Positions 33,763 to 45,756 of a stretch of DNA of 64,000 nucleotides are shown piece after piece (position 1 is the stretch's first letter; each line of letters opens with the position of its first letter). This stretch comes from an uncultured Gammaproteobacteria bacterium (GTDB lineage Bacteria > Pseudomonadota > Gammaproteobacteria > UBA9214): the NCBI GenBank assembly GCA_963712695.1, contig CAVQJD010000007.1:3221-67220 (forward strand), written 5' to 3'. The translations under genes were made by a program, and so were the position numbers. The notes under the pieces are model-generated. The model searched no databases. It worked only from the letters and a program-made list of their open reading frames with translations, and was not told where the DNA came from.

Positions 33763-36698
33763 ATGTCAAGAAAAATCAAGAGAGAAGAGTCGCCAGGTGC
33801 AACACCGGCCGGATCGACTGTCACCTTATCAACACACAGGCTCGCGACACCTTTACAGATTGCTGCCGGAATTCTGTTTACATTGACGAGCGCCAGTGCG
33901 TTTGCCGTGGATACAGACGGCGATGGCGTAGACAACAACCTGGATAACTGCATCACCGTTGCGAACGCCGACCAGCGCGATACCAACGGCAATCAGATCG
34001 GCAACGTTTGCGATGCGGACTTCAACGGTGACGGGATAGTTGATGCATTCGACATTCCATTGTTTCGAACGGCCTTTGGTCAAAGCACGTTCCCGAATGA
34101 GGACATGAATGGCGACGGGATCGTCGACGCATTTGATATTCCGCTGTTCAGGGCAGCCTTTGGAAATCCACCGGGGCCGTCCTGTGCCGGTCTGTTCTAC
34201 GGCTGCGTGGCACCGCTCGACCCGCTCGCGATCCCCAAATACGTGTTGCCGCTGGTCATCCCGCCGGCAATGAACCCGGTCGGCGGACCCGGAGGCGCCC
34301 CTGATAACTACGAGATCGCCGTCAAGCAATTCCAGCAGCAGATTCTGCCGGGTGGACACTGGAACGCGGTATCGGCGAAATGCTGCGCGATCCGACAGCT
34401 CTGCGACCTTCCCCGCCACCACCGTGTGGAGCTATGGTCCGGCCGCGGATCCGCTGCCTGACTCCTCGGGCATACCGGGCGGTGCTGTCGGTCTGGCCCC
34501 GGCCCCGAACTCCCAGTACAACTACCCGGCCTATACCATCGAAACCACTAACGGCGGACGGGTACCGGTTGGCAACTATCAACCTAACCCCATCAGCATC
34601 ACCTGGATCAACGGCCTCAAGGAAAACTTCGGCGCGGGACCGAATTTCCTGCCGCACCTGCTGCCGATCGATCAGACCCTGCACTGGGCCAATCCGAAGG
34701 CAGACTGCATCGCCGGCTCGCCGCGCACCGACTGCATGGGTCCTAATCCCGACTATTACACGGGACCGGTCCCGATTGTGGTACACGTCCATGGCGGCCA
34801 CAACAACCCCCAGTCTGACGGCTACACGGAGGCCTGGTACCTGCCCGACCCGACCGGGAGCAACTTCAACTGCACCAATAACCCGGCCGTGGCGGCCAAT
34901 CCGCAGAACCCCAACACCTACGTGTGCGGTGGCAGCCTGATCAACCAGCTCGGCGTCGTCACCAACCCGGCCCCGAATGCGGCAGGCTTTGCCAACTTCA
35001 CCTACGACAATGATCAGCCCTCGACCACTATCTGGTATCACGATCATGCCCTGGGCATGACGCGCAGCAACGTGTACGCGGGCCCGGCCGGCTTCTTCCT
35101 GATCCGGCAGCCGAGTGGCGGTGAGGACGGTCTGGTGGCCGGCGTACTGCCTGGACCGGCCCCGGTCAGAGGCCAGGACGTGCTGTCGCTGAACATTCCG
35201 GGCAATCCGGTCAGAAGCAGCATCCGCGAGATACCGATCGCGGTTCAGGACCGTTCCTTCAATGCGGACGGCTCCCTGTTCTATCCGGCGGACCGGGCCT
35301 TCTTCGAAGGTCTGGGTGACGGCTTTGGTAATATCGAAGGCCAGTACAACGGTAACGCGGCGGCAGGACTGAACGTTGACTTCATCCCCAGCCCGACCTC
35401 CGACATGCCACCGATCTGGAACCCGGAGGCCTTCTTCAACACCATGGTGGTCAATGGTTCGACCTGGCCCGAACTGCAGGTGGCACCGGCGCAATACCGC
35501 TTCCGTCTGCTGAATGGCTGTAACTCCCGCTTCATTAACCTGGCGCTGATTGTCACGGATCCGGTCACGGGTGCGCAGACCACGGTCAACCGCACGGTGT
35601 GGGACGACACCACGGTTCCGCCCACCGCCTCGACGGTACCGGTCAATGAGCTCAGCTTCTTCCAGATCGGTACTGAACAGAGCATCCTGCCACAGGTGGT
35701 CAAGGTGGAAACCGGTGCCGCAACCCAACTGCCGGGTGATGGCACCATTCCGGCTCCTGTGGCTGCACCCGCTCCCCAGCAGGCCCTGCTGATGGGCAAC
35801 GCCGAACGTCCCGACGTGATCGTGGACTTCCGCGGTCTGCCCGACGGTACCGTGGTACGCGTGATCAATACCGGTCCCGACGAGCCGTTTGGCGGTTTCG
35901 ACCCCGCCAGCGTCCCGGCCGATCCGGCTACCACCGGACAGGTGATGCAGTTTGTGGTCAACTCGGCGCTGCTGGGCTCCTCGCCCACCGACGAGCTCCG
36001 CGGCACCGGACGGCACTCTGCAGAACCCGCTTACCCGCGCCACACCGCCGGAGTCTCTGGTGCTGGGCCCGGCTGACAATCCGCTGCCCAACACCCAGAT
36101 CCTGCGCCGACTCGCCCTGCTCGAGGAAGAGTCCGCTCTGGTGTGTGTGACGATCGACGGCGTAACCGGTGAAATCACCCAGGTACCCGGGGATATTCCT
36201 CCCTGTGTGACGCCGGAGGCCGAAGCTTTCGCACCGCTGGCGGCGGTACTGGGCACAGTGAATCAGGGCGGCGTACCGACCGTGCAGCTGTGGTCTGATC
36301 CGATCTCCACCAACCCGGCGCTGGGTGCCACGGAAGCCTGGCAACTCCAGAACTTCTCGGCTGATGCCCATCCCGTCCACCTGCACCTGGTCAAGTTCAA
36401 TGTGCTCGGACGTGAGGCACTGGGTGGCGGACCCTCGGTCGGCGGCGATCCGTTAAATGGGGGTATCAACGCGTGGGAGAACGGCTGGAAAGACGTCGTG
36501 ATTTCCTATCCGGGTGAGGCCACCACAGTCGCCGCTACCTTCGATATCCCGGGCCTTTACGTCTGGCACTGCCATATCGTCGAGCACGAGGACAACGAGA
36601 TGATGGTGCCCTTCTGTGTGGGTAACACGAACTGCGGTGGTCTTCCGCTCCCGGCAGCGGCCACGCAAGCCGCGTTCACCACCGGGCTCACTCCATAA
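33763..36698 (+). pseudogene. CotA/bilirubin-oxidase-type multicopper oxidase carrying the TSP3 plus double dockerin-like module at its N-terminus. Two apparent frameshifts.
   Basis: A GGAGAGGAG RBS and ATG 33763 start the gene, with signal LQIAAGILFTLTSASAFA. Next come DNCITVANADQRDTNGNQIGNVCDADFNGDGIVDAFDIPLFRTAFG...DMNGDGIVDAFDIPLFRAAFGNPPGPSC. The MCO body follows: IPKYVLPLVIPPAMNP, VVHVHGGHNN, TIWYHDHALGMTRSNVYAGPAGFF, HPVHLHLVKFNV and LYVWHCHIVEHEDNEMM. Frame shifts occur near 34400 and 36000. Confidence 0.65.
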
Positions 36699-36728
36699 AC
36701 CAGGGGTAGTTTCTTACCCGCCAATACT

Positions 36729-36756
36729 GGGCCGCCTTCGGGCGGCCCTTTTCTTG
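36729..36756 (+). terminator. Rho-independent terminator after the MCO gene.
   Basis: GGGCCGCC-TTCG-GGCGGCCC followed by TTTTCTTG. Confidence 0.55.
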
Positions 36757-36912
36757 CCAGAGGACGGCTGCGGCTGTTATGTTTTTAAACAGATCAGCAC
36801 ATGTCTGTCCCACGGGCAGTAGAATGGTTGATCATCTCCGCTCCACCGGCAATCCCCGCGGTATCTGCGGTTCAGTACAAACAGAAACACACGTTCGGGA
36901 GAAGACTGCACT

Positions 36913-37677
36913 ATGCGTCTGCACAGACTATCAGCGATGACCGCACTGATCCTGCTCGTCGCAGCCTGCACGGCCGATGAGCCACCCGGCCTGAAACAGG
37001 AAGCCGACCGGATTAACTACAGCCTCGGTCACCAGATCGGGACAGATTTCAAGCGCCAGGGCGTGGCGCTGGACGCTGCCGCCATCGCGCGGGGCATGCA
37101 GGACGCGCTCGGCGAGGCCGAACCCCTGCTGCCGAAGGACGACATGGAGCAGCGCCTGGTGAAGCTGAAAGGACAGATCACCGAAGACATGCAATCCGAG
37201 CAGCTGCAGCGGGTCAAGGCGCGTAAAGAAGTCAATGAGCGCAAGCTCCGCGAGGCCCAGGCGTTCCTCGAGGAGAACGCCAAAAAACCAGGCGTTCAGA
37301 CCCTTTCCAGTGGCCTGCAGTACCGGGTGATCAGCGAGGGCAGCGGCGCCAGGCCAGTGCCCCTGGACCAGGTGAACTTCCATTATACGGGCCGACGAAT
37401 CGACGGGAGTGAATTCGACAATTCCCATGCTGCCGGCAAGCCCAGATCCATCCGCGTAGCGGACATGATTCCGGGCCTCAGGGAGGCCGTGCTGATGATG
37501 CAACCGGGCGCCAGGTGGGAACTCTATATTCCACCTGACCTGGCCTATGGCAGGAGATCTCCGCTCGCCTACCAGGCGGTGATCATTGAACTCGAATTAC
37601 TCTCTGTGGACAGTGATGACAGCAAGTCGACCTCAACTACCACGCCTGAAAGCGTGCAGGATACCCAACAGCCCTGA
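36913..37677 (+). CDS. FKBP-type peptidyl-prolyl isomerase lipoprotein (FkpA/Mip-like). It resembles MofB, the FKBP encoded next to the Leptothrix MCO gene mofA.
   Basis: Lipoprotein signal MRLHRLSAMTALILLVAAC. FKBP domain: GLQYRVISEGSG...VNFHYTGRRIDGSEFDNS...IRVADMIPGLREAVLMMQPGARWELYIPPDLAYG. Confidence 0.75.
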   Translation: MRLHRLSAMTALILLVAACTADEPPGLKQEADRINYSLGHQIGTDFKRQGVALDAAAIARGMQDALGEAEPLLPKDDMEQRLVKLKGQITEDMQSEQLQRVKARKEVNERKLREAQAFLEENAKKPGVQTLSSGLQYRVISEGSGARPVPLDQVNFHYTGRRIDGSEFDNSHAAGKPRSIRVADMIPGLREAVLMMQPGARWELYIPPDLAYGRRSPLAYQAVIIELELLSVDSDDSKSTSTTTPESVQDTQQP

Positions 37678-37762
37678 CGCAGCGGATAGTAGCCTGGCCC
37701 GCACAGGCGTCCTGCATTTTCATACTCATGACCTTAGACCATAACGACAACGGAGAATCCGG

Positions 37763-38833
37763 ATGAAACAGTTATTAATCCTCACCACCGCGCTGCTCAC
37801 CCCCCTGTGTCTGGCTGGCGAGCCTGATCTCGGCACGGATGCGGCCAAGATCAATTACAGTGTCGGCTACCAGATCGGTGGCGACTTCAAACTGCAGGGT
37901 GTCGAGATGCAACCGGACACGGTGATCCGGGGCATCCAGGACGCGCTGTCCGGCGCGCAGCCGCTCATGACAGCCGAGGAGATGAACACCACCATGGGTG
38001 AACTGGGCAAACGCATCGCGGACCAGCGCACCCGGGAAAAGCATCTCGCCAAGACCCGGATCGAGAAGGAAAACATGGACTTCCTGACGGCCAATGCCAA
38101 AAAGGAAGGCGTGGTGACCACCCCCAGCGGACTGCAGTACAAGATCATTGAACCGGGCACGGGCAGGACACCCGGGGCAACGGACACCGTCACGGTCAAT
38201 TACCGCGGCAGCCTGATCGATGGCAAGGAGTTCGACAGCTCGGCCAAGCATGGCAAACCGGCCAGTTTCCGCGTGGACGGGGTCATTGCAGGCTGGAGCG
38301 AGGCCTTGCAGATGATGCAGGAAGGCGCCAAATGGCAACTGTTCATTCCCCACCGACTCGCCTATGGCGAGAAGGGACCGTTGCGCGAGAAGACCCTCAT
38401 CTTCGATGTCGAACTGCTGTCGGTCGATACCCCCGAAATTATGGCGCCAGAGGCGGAAGCCTCCGCAACCGATGCCGCACAGAGCGAAGCGCCAGCCTCG
38501 GTTGAACCTGCGACGCCAGTCGAGCCCGTCGTCGCCACCGGCCGGGACGGACTGACCGCCGCCCGGCGCATACCCGCCATCAGACCGGCAACCGGCACGG
38601 ACTTCAGGTCCGTTGCCGGGCGGTCGATTCAGCCTGTATCCGACCCTGTGGCACAGTTCAGTCCGTCAGATATCACAAGTGAACAAAACAGTCCTTCGCA
38701 ACCTGCCATTCCGCACCTGCGCGCAGCTGTTGCCCGTGCTGTTGCTGGCCGTGCTGCTGCTGGCCGGCTGCGGACCGGACACGGCAGACCGGCCTGCCGT
38801 CGCGGAGGACACCGTAGCGACCGACCTGCTTGA
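37763..38833 (+). CDS. FKBP-type peptidyl-prolyl isomerase (second copy). The 3' end is uncertain, because the ORF tail past about 38560 looks like read-through.
   Basis: Signal peptide. FKBP domain: GLQYKIIEPGTGRTPGATDTVTVNYRGSLIDGKEFDSS...FRVDGVIAGWSEALQMMQEGAKWQLFIPHRLAYGEKG. An Ala/Pro/Glu-rich tail follows, then the sequence becomes implausible, suggesting a missed stop or indel. Confidence 0.65.
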   Translation: MKQLLILTTALLTPLCLAGEPDLGTDAAKINYSVGYQIGGDFKLQGVEMQPDTVIRGIQDALSGAQPLMTAEEMNTTMGELGKRIADQRTREKHLAKTRIEKENMDFLTANAKKEGVVTTPSGLQYKIIEPGTGRTPGATDTVTVNYRGSLIDGKEFDSSAKHGKPASFRVDGVIAGWSEALQMMQEGAKWQLFIPHRLAYGEKGPLREKTLIFDVELLSVDTPEIMAPEAEASATDAAQSEAPASVEPATPVEPVVATGRDGLTAARRIPAIRPATGTDFRSVAGRSIQPVSDPVAQFSPSDITSEQNSPSQPAIPHLRAAVARAVAGRAAAGRLRTGHGRPACRRGGHRSDRPA

Positions 38834-40103
38834 AGCGGCCGGCGAGCACACCCATGCGCATTACGTCTGCCCCATGCATCCGCAGATCGTGCGCGATGAG
38901 GCCGGCACCTGCCCCATCTGCGGCATGAACCTGGTGGAAAAACACCTGGAATTTCCCGTCCCGGAAGAAACCGCTGATCATAAGCACGCGCATTATGTCT
39001 GCCCCATGCACCCGCAGATCGTGCGTGATGAGGCCGGCACCTGCCCCATCTGCGGCATGAACCTGGTGGAAAAACACCTCGAGCCGGCCACGGACGACCG
39101 GCCGCAGGTCACACTGGATGCCTCCGTGGTGCAGAACATGGGGGTGCGTACGACGAAGGTGAAGCGCGGGGTGCTGCAACGCCATATCACCACGCAAGGC
39201 AATGTCGCCTACGACGATGACCGCATCGTTCAGGTGCACGCCAGAACGCCCGGCTGGATCGAAAACCTCAACATCCGCACCGACGGCATAGCGGTCAAGC
39301 GCAAGGATGAACTGGCGCAGTTTTTCTCGCCGCTGATCGTCCAGCTGCAGCTCGAGTACATTACCGCCCTGGAAGAGCTTGACCTGGCCAAGCTGAAATC
39401 CGCCGACCAGACCGAAATCAGTGCCCGGGTGAAGTCGCTGCGCAACAACCTGAGGCTCCTGCATGTCATGGATATGGACATCATGAGCCTCGAGAAATAC
39501 CGCACGGTCAAGAACACGATCCCGATCGTGGCCCCCCGGACCGGCGTGATCACCCAGCTCGGGGTCCGCGAGGGCATGTACGTGGAGCCGGACGACAACA
39601 TGTTCACCATCGTGGATTTCAGCCGCCTGTGGGTGATGGTGGATATCTACGAGCACCAGATGAGCTGGATGAAACCGGGACTCAAGACCACCATCACGGC
39701 ACCGGCCCTGCCTGAGCGGAGCTGGGAAGGCACGCTCGAATTCATCTACCCCGAGGTGGATCCCCTCACACGCACGCTGCGCGCACGGATTGCGGTCGCG
39801 AATCCGGACGGGATCCTGGTGCCGAACATGTTCGTCGAGGTAACGATTGCCAGCGCTCCGAAACAGAATGTGCTGATCGTCCCGCGCGAGGCCGTCATTC
39901 CGACCGGCGAGCGCGAGACGGTGGTCAAGGCACTCGGAAAGGGCCATTTCAAGCCTGTCGAGGTCACCAGCGGCATGTGGGTTGGCCCCGATGTCGAAAT
40001 CCTGTCCGGCCTGCAGGAGAACGACGACGTGGTCGTGTCGGGCCAGTTCCTGATTGATTCGGAATCCAGTCTGCAGGCCGACTTTTCGCGCATGACAGAG
40101 TAA
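38679..40103 (+). CDS. cusB: CusB/CzcB-family RND membrane-fusion lipoprotein with two tandem N-terminal heavy-metal-binding (CPMHP...CPICGM) domains.
   Basis: GTG 38679 with lipoprotein signal [11 protein letters not shown]. Two copies of [33 protein letters not shown]. The MFP body carries biotinyl/lipoyl-like and beta-barrel segments ([16 protein letters not shown]..., [18 protein letters not shown]) and sits immediately upstream of cusA. Confidence 0.7.
   Translation: MNKTVLRNLPFRTCAQLLPVLLLAVLLLAGCGPDTADRPAVAEDTVATDLLEAAGEHTHAHYVCPMHPQIVRDEAGTCPICGMNLVEKHLEFPVPEETADHKHAHYVCPMHPQIVRDEAGTCPICGMNLVEKHLEPATDDRPQVTLDASVVQNMGVRTTKVKRGVLQRHITTQGNVAYDDDRIVQVHARTPGWIENLNIRTDGIAVKRKDELAQFFSPLIVQLQLEYITALEELDLAKLKSADQTEISARVKSLRNNLRLLHVMDMDIMSLEKYRTVKNTIPIVAPRTGVITQLGVREGMYVEPDDNMFTIVDFSRLWVMVDIYEHQMSWMKPGLKTTITAPALPERSWEGTLEFIYPEVDPLTRTLRARIAVANPDGILVPNMFVEVTIASAPKQNVLIVPREAVIPTGERETVVKALGKGHFKPVEVTSGMWVGPDVEILSGLQENDDVVVSGQFLIDSESSLQADFSRMTE
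38853..39083. repeat. Recent tandem duplication, 2 x 99 bp at a 132-bp period and ~94% identical, encoding the duplicated metal-binding domain of cusB.
   Basis: cacgcgcattatgtctgccccatgcacccgcagatcgtgcgtgatgaggccggcacctgccccatctgcggcatgaacctggtggaaaaacacct is repeated with 6 substitutions. Confidence 0.75.
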
Positions 40104-40108
40104 TCAGC

Positions 40109-43100
40109 GTGCCGATTCGACTGATACGCTGGTCCATTGAAAACCGCCTGCTGGTCATCCTGGCCACCCTGGTGCTCACCGGCTGGGGATGGCTGTCGGT
40201 GCTGCAGACACCGCTCGATGCCATTCCGGACCTGTCCGATGTGCAGGTCATCATCCGCACCAGCTACCCGGGCCAGTCCCCGCAGGTCATCGAGGACCAG
40301 GTCACCTACCCGATCACCACCACCATGCTTTCGGTACCGGGGACACGCGTGGTGCGCGGGTATTCGTTCTTTGGCGACTCCTATGTCTATGTCATTTTCG
40401 ATGATGACACCGATCTTTACTGGGCGCGCGCGCGGGTGCTCGAGTACCTCGACCAGGCGGAGGACAGCCTGCCGCCGGGCGTGCGGCCCAAGCTGGGGCC
40501 AGACGCCACCGGTGTCGGCTGGATCTACAGCTATGCCCTGGTGGATCAGGCGCGGAAACCACGATCTGGCGCAGCTACGCAGCATGCAGGACTGGTTCCT
40601 GAAATTCGAACTCCAGGCCGTGCCGGGCGTGGCCGAGGTGGCGACGGTTGGTGGCATGGTGCGCCAGTACCAGGTGGTGGTGAATCCCGAAAAACTCAGG
40701 GCCTACGGCATTCCCCTGACCCGCGTGGCCGAAGCCATTCGCAGGGCCAATCGGGAAACGGGTGGCTCCGTGAGTCGAAATGGCGGAATCGGAATACATG
40801 GTGCGCACCCGGGGCTATATTCAGTCGCTCGAGGATATCGAACACATACCGCTCGAGCAGACCGACAAGGGTATCCCGGTGCTGTTACGGGACATCGCGC
40901 ATATACAGGTCGGTCCGGAAATGCGCCGGGTGGTGGCCGACCTGGATGGCGAAGGGGAAGTTACCGGCGGCATCGTGGTCATGCGCCATGGCGAGAATGC
41001 CCTGCAGACCATCGCCGCGGTCAAGGAAAAACTGCGGGAACTCCAGAGCGGCCTGCCGGAAGGCGTCGAGATCGTCACGACCTACGATCGCTCGGAACTG
41101 ATCCTGAGAGCGGTGGACAACCTCACTGAAAAGCTCGTCGAGGAATTCATCGTGGTCGCGCTGGTGTGCCTGGTGTTCCTGTTCCACCTGCGCTCCGCCT
41201 TTGTTGCCGTCGTCACCCTGCCACTGGGCATCCTGATCTCGTTCATCATCATGAAACAGGCGGGGATCAATGCCAATATCATGTCCCTCGGCGGTATCGC
41301 CATTGCGATCGGCGCCATGGTCGATGCTGCGATCGTCATGATCGAGAACGCCCACAAACACCTGGAAAAAGCCGGCCCGGACCTGACCGGCAAACAGCGC
41401 TGGGAGACCATCACCCGGGCCGCACAGGAGGTCGGACCGGCCCTGTTTCTATTCACTGCTCATCATCACCCTGAGTTTCGTTCCCGTGTTCACGCTGGAG
41501 GCACAGGAGGGCCGGCTGTTTGCGCCGCTCGCGTTCACCAAGACATTTGCCATGGCCGCATCGGCCGGGCTCGCGGTTACGCTGGTGCCGGTGCTGATGG
41601 GTTATTTCATTCGCGGACGCATTCCCGGAGAGTCCGTCAATCCGCTCAGCCAGTTGCTGATCTGGCTGTACCGGCCTGCACTGAAGCGGGTGCTGGACGC
41701 GCCCGGAAATGACCGTGCTGCTGTCGATTGTCGTGGTCCTGAGCCTGCTGATTCCGCTGTACGGCATCAGCGGTTTCCTGGCGCCGCTCAAGTGGCCCCT
41801 GCAACTGGTACAGCTGGCAGAACCGTCATTCGCGGCCGGTGCCATCACCGCAATCGAGGACAGTCAGGAACGACTTGCCGTGGGCTGGCAGGCATGTTCC
41901 GCGACATTCCCTGGCTGGCGAGCCTCGGACAGGGACTGGGCTCCGAATTCATGCCGGAACTGTTCGAGGGCGACCTCATGTACATGCCCACCACGCTGCC
42001 CGGCATCTCCATCGGCAAGGCGCGCGAACTGTTGCAGCAGACCGACCGGCTGATCAGCCAGACACCGGAGGTCAAGCGGGTGTTCGGCAAGATCGGCCGG
42101 GCCGATACAGCCACCGATCCCGGCTCCGCTCACCATGATCGAAACACTGATTCAGCTCAAGCCGCGGGATGCAATGGCGACCCGGCATGACGGTAGAAAA
42201 ACTGATGGCGGAACTCGATGACAGAATCAGCTTCCCGGCACTGACCGATGCCTGGGTCATGCCGATCAAGACACGTATCGATATGCTGGCAACGGGTATC
42301 AAGACGCCCGTCGGGGTGAAAATCTCCGGGCCTGACGTCTACGAAATCGAGCGCATCGGCAAACAGCTCGAGAAAATCCTGATGCAGGTGCCGGGCACCC
42401 GGTCGGCCTATTCCGAGCGCGTCGCCGGCGGACGCTACATCGAAATTATCCCGCGGCGGCTGGAGGCGGCAAGACTGGGGCTCAATGTCGATGATATCAA
42501 TGACATCGTCAGCGCGGCAGTGGGCGGCATCAATGTCACGCAAACGGTAGAGGGACGCGAACGCTACACCGTGAACCTGCGCTTTCCGAGGGAACAGCGC
42601 GACGACGTGAAAAAACTCCAGCAACTGCCCCTGGTCACGACGAGCGGCGCCCAGGTGCCCCTGTCGCAGGTCGCCGAGGTGAAGGTGGTGGATGGACCAC
42701 CGATGCTGAGAAGCGAGAATGCACGCCTCAATGGCTGGGTGTTCGTGGATATCCGCGATGTCGATCTCGGCAGTTATGTCAACCGCGCCCGCGATACTGT
42801 GCTCGAGCAGATGGACTTGCCGCCGGGCTATTCCATTGCCTGGTCAGGACAATATGAGTACATGCTGCGGGCACAACAGAAACTGCGCCAGGTGGTCCCC
42901 CTGACCCTGATCATCATCTTCGTGCTGCTCTACCTGGCACTGCGCTCTGCCGGCGAGGCCACGCTGGTCATGCTGTCTTTGCCCTTCGCGCTGGTGGGCG
43001 GTTTCTGGTTCCTGCTGTTTCTCGACTATAACCTGTCGGTCGCGGTAGCTGTCGGGTTTATCGCCCTGGCCGGTGTAGCGGCGGAATTCGGCGTGGTGAT

Positions 43101-43462
43101 GCTGGTCTATCTCGATAATGCACTCGACACGCACCGTCGCCAGGGAGGCACAGCTCAGCGACAGTGCACTGCGCGAGGCCATCATGGAAGGTGCCGTGCT
43201 CAGGGTGCGCCCCAAGGCCATGACCGTGGCGGTTATCATCGCCGGCCTGCTGCCGATCATGCTGAGTGAGGGAACCGGGTCGGAAGTGATGCAGCGCATT
43301 GCGGCGCCCATGATCGGCGGCATGGTCACCGCACCGCTGCTGTCCATGTTCGTCATTCCGGCGGTGTATTACCTGCAGCAACGACGCAGCACTGAACAAG
43401 TCCTGAACACTAGCCCGCTTCAATCCCCTGCCTGCTTCTTGCCGGTAATCAGCCCCGTGTAA
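40109..43462 (+). pseudogene. cusA: CusA/CzcA-family heavy-metal RND efflux pump. The frame is broken about 6 times, by sequence error or pseudogenisation.
   Basis: The N-terminus [49 protein letters not shown] is typical of CusA. Homology continues through ORFs 40137, 40780, 41166/41486, 42169 and 43118. The C-terminus is [27 protein letters not shown]. Confidence 0.7.
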
Positions 43463-44183
43463 TCGTCCGCGGGCTGCAGCTTTCTCGTACTCTGCCGGAA
43501 CGCGGAAGTATATCCCGGGGCACTATGTCGTGGGAAACCGACTTGAGTATGAAGGTCGGTTCGCCCTCCGCGGGACGGCTTCGAATCGTTATAAACTGCT
43601 CATCCGACTGGATGGCAATCCAGTCCGGATCGGTCCTCTGCCGGGAAAACTCGATCAGGCGGGCCATGCTGATGAGTTCACGCGGCGTCATTCCCAGGGC
43701 GTACGCATCTACCAGGCAGTGTTCGGCCAGCAGTTTGTCATCGCGCATTTCCCTGACCACCCTGCAGCTGATCCCCGCCACCGTGTTCTTTTCTGTTGTC
43801 GGTGACAAAATGTTCTTTGGCGGTGATTTTGCAGCAGCCTGCCCCGCTGCAGCAGGGGCCGGCGCAGCAGCGCTCTCCGCCTTGGGCGCTGCAGCAGGGA
43901 GCCGCGTGCCACCCTGATGATGGGGTGAATCCCCGAAGGTGGTGAAAGTCTGCTTTTCGCCGTTGACAACGTTCATGTACAGGAATCCGCCATCCAGCAG
44001 CAGGAAATTTTCCGGTGCCTCGGTGCTCTTGTCCACCCGCAAGAAGCGGCCACGAATACTGTAGGTCTGCTGGGTTGCCTGACCCGCGGCGTCGACCAGA
44101 TCGTAAACCAGGGTGGTATCGGCGTGAACGGAAAGGGACAGGAAGGCGGCGACGGCAGATACGATACTCAGGCGTGTTTTCAT
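43449..44183 (-). CDS. Hypothetical secreted or periplasmic protein.
   Basis: ORF with signal peptide [21 protein letters not shown] and an Ala/Pro-rich linker. No recognisable motif. Confidence 0.4.
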   Translation of the reverse strand: MKTRLSIVSAVAAFLSLSVHADTTLVYDLVDAAGQATQQTYSIRGRFLRVDKSTEAPENFLLLDGGFLYMNVVNGEKQTFTTFGDSPHHQGGTRLPAAAPKAESAAAPAPAAAGQAAAKSPPKNILSPTTEKNTVAGISCRVVREMRDDKLLAEHCLVDAYALGMTPRELISMARLIEFSRQRTDPDWIAIQSDEQFITIRSRPAEGEPTFILKSVSHDIVPRDILPRSGRVRESCSPRTITRG

Positions 44184-44373
44184 GCATAATTCCCGTGTAT
44201 TTTGATTATTAAAGTAATTTTATAACCCAATATGACCTCGATTTCTATCATTTATTAACCCGTGATTCCAAATTACACAGCGGTGCATTATGGTAGCAAT
44301 CGGGATGACCCCGGTCCCGTAGCGGGTACCCGTGTTTTCGAACCATAACGACAGAATCAGGAGAAAATCCGAC

Positions 44374-45066
44374 ATGAAGAATACAGGACTAATCGCCATC
44401 GCCGCCCTGCCGCTGCTCTGCGGCCTCTGCTACGCGGACGAACAGCCAAAATTTACCGACGAGGATGACAAGATCAATTACATCATCGGCTACCGGCTCG
44501 GTGGGGATTTCAAACGCCAGGATCTGACAATCAGAAAAGAGATGGTAGTCAAAGGGCTGGAGGATGCCGTATCCGGCACAACCCCGCTCCTGACCCAGGA
44601 AGAGATGCGCACGGTGCTGATGAACCTGCAACAACGGGTTGCCGCGGAAAAACAAGCCAAGCTGGATGAACTGCAGGCAGCAAACCTCAAGGCCGCAGAG
44701 GCCTTCCTGGCGGAAAACACCGGCAAGGACGGCGTGCAGACCCTGCCAAGCGGATTGCAGTACAAAGTTCTGGCGGAAGGTTCCGGCGACAGCCCGCAGA
44801 AAACCGACAAGGTCACGGTCAATTATCGTGGCACCCTGATCGACGGGACCGAATTCGACAGCTCCTACAGCCGCAACCAGCCAGCCACATTCGGCGTCAG
44901 CCAGGTCATTGCCGGCTGGACGGAGGCGCTGCAGCTGATGCATCCGGGTGACAAGTGGCAGCTGTTCATTCCGCCGAAGCTCGCCTACGGTGAGCGCGGT
45001 CAAGGCGCCAAGATACCCCCGAACAGTGCACTCATCTTCGAGGTCGAGCTGCTCAGCATCAACTGA
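44374..45066 (+). CDS. FKBP-type peptidyl-prolyl isomerase (third copy, FkpA/Mip-like).
   Basis: An AGGAGA RBS precedes ATG 44374, with signal IAIAALPLLCGLCYA. FKBP domain: GLQYKVLAEGSGDSPQKTDKVTVNYRGTLIDGTEFDSS...VIAGWTEALQLMHPGDKWQLFIPPKLAYGERG. Confidence 0.7.
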   Translation: MKNTGLIAIAALPLLCGLCYADEQPKFTDEDDKINYIIGYRLGGDFKRQDLTIRKEMVVKGLEDAVSGTTPLLTQEEMRTVLMNLQQRVAAEKQAKLDELQAANLKAAEAFLAENTGKDGVQTLPSGLQYKVLAEGSGDSPQKTDKVTVNYRGTLIDGTEFDSSYSRNQPATFGVSQVIAGWTEALQLMHPGDKWQLFIPPKLAYGERGQGAKIPPNSALIFEVELLSIN

Positions 45067-45299
45067 TTGCGGGTCACGGCTTTACCCGGCACCCTGCTGC
45101 TGTATATCGCACAACCGGTTTTACAGTAGCGCCGGATTGCACAGACACCGCCACCCGCAGCGTGGCGGTGTCTGGACAATAACATTGACCGGGTGAGTTA
45201 TTTTCAACCAGGCATTGCAACCAGCCGGCGCCGGCATCATATACAGTGACAGGCACAACAGGCTGTCAGTATGGCAGCATCAGGTCAGACAGGTAGCAA

Positions 45300-45450
45300 G
45301 ATCACTCGCGTTTCCACCCCTGCCCTGCTATAGTGTGCCAAGTTGCAAGTTGGCTGCACCATTTCAGAAGTCACCTCCGGTATCTCCTGTGAATTGTATT
45401 AGCATCATTTGCATCAACACCCACATCATTTATTCACAGAGGTAATTCAC
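45300..45450 (+). promoter_or_regulatory. Putative cspA promoter (-10 TATAGT near 45329) and a long 5' UTR of about 110 nt.
   Basis: TATAGT at 45329-45334 with a weak upstream -35. The AGAGGT RBS sits 8 nt before ATG 45451. A long leader is characteristic of cold-shock cspA genes. Confidence 0.3.
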
Positions 45451-45657
45451 ATGATTTCAGGTACCGTCAAATGGTTTAACGAGTCCAAGGGTTTCGGTTT
45501 CATTGCGCCGGCCGATGGCAGCGCAGACGTTTTTGTACACTTTTCCGCGATCAGCGGCGATGGGTTCAAGACGCTCAACGAAGGTCAGGCAGTCAGCTAC
45601 GATGTCGAGCAGGGCCCCAAGGGACTGCAGGCCAGCCGGGTTGCACTCCAGGACTAA
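45451..45657 (+). CDS. cspA: Cold-shock protein of the CspA family.
   Basis: [34 protein letters not shown]... carries the RNP1 (KGFGFI) and RNP2 (VFVHF) motifs over 68 aa. Confidence 0.85.
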   Translation: MISGTVKWFNESKGFGFIAPADGSADVFVHFSAISGDGFKTLNEGQAVSYDVEQGPKGLQASRVALQD

Positions 45658-45681
45658 CCCTCCGGACAGCCATTAACACAG

Positions 45682-45711
45682 CCCCGCAGCGAATCTGCGG
45701 GGCTTTTCTTT
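45682..45711 (+). terminator. Rho-independent terminator after cspA.
   Basis: CCCCGCAG-CGAATC-TGCGGGG followed by CTTTTCTTT. Confidence 0.7.
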
Positions 45712-45756
45712 AGCGCGAACTCAGCGCATCATCTCCTCAACAGGGAGGGACAGCCA

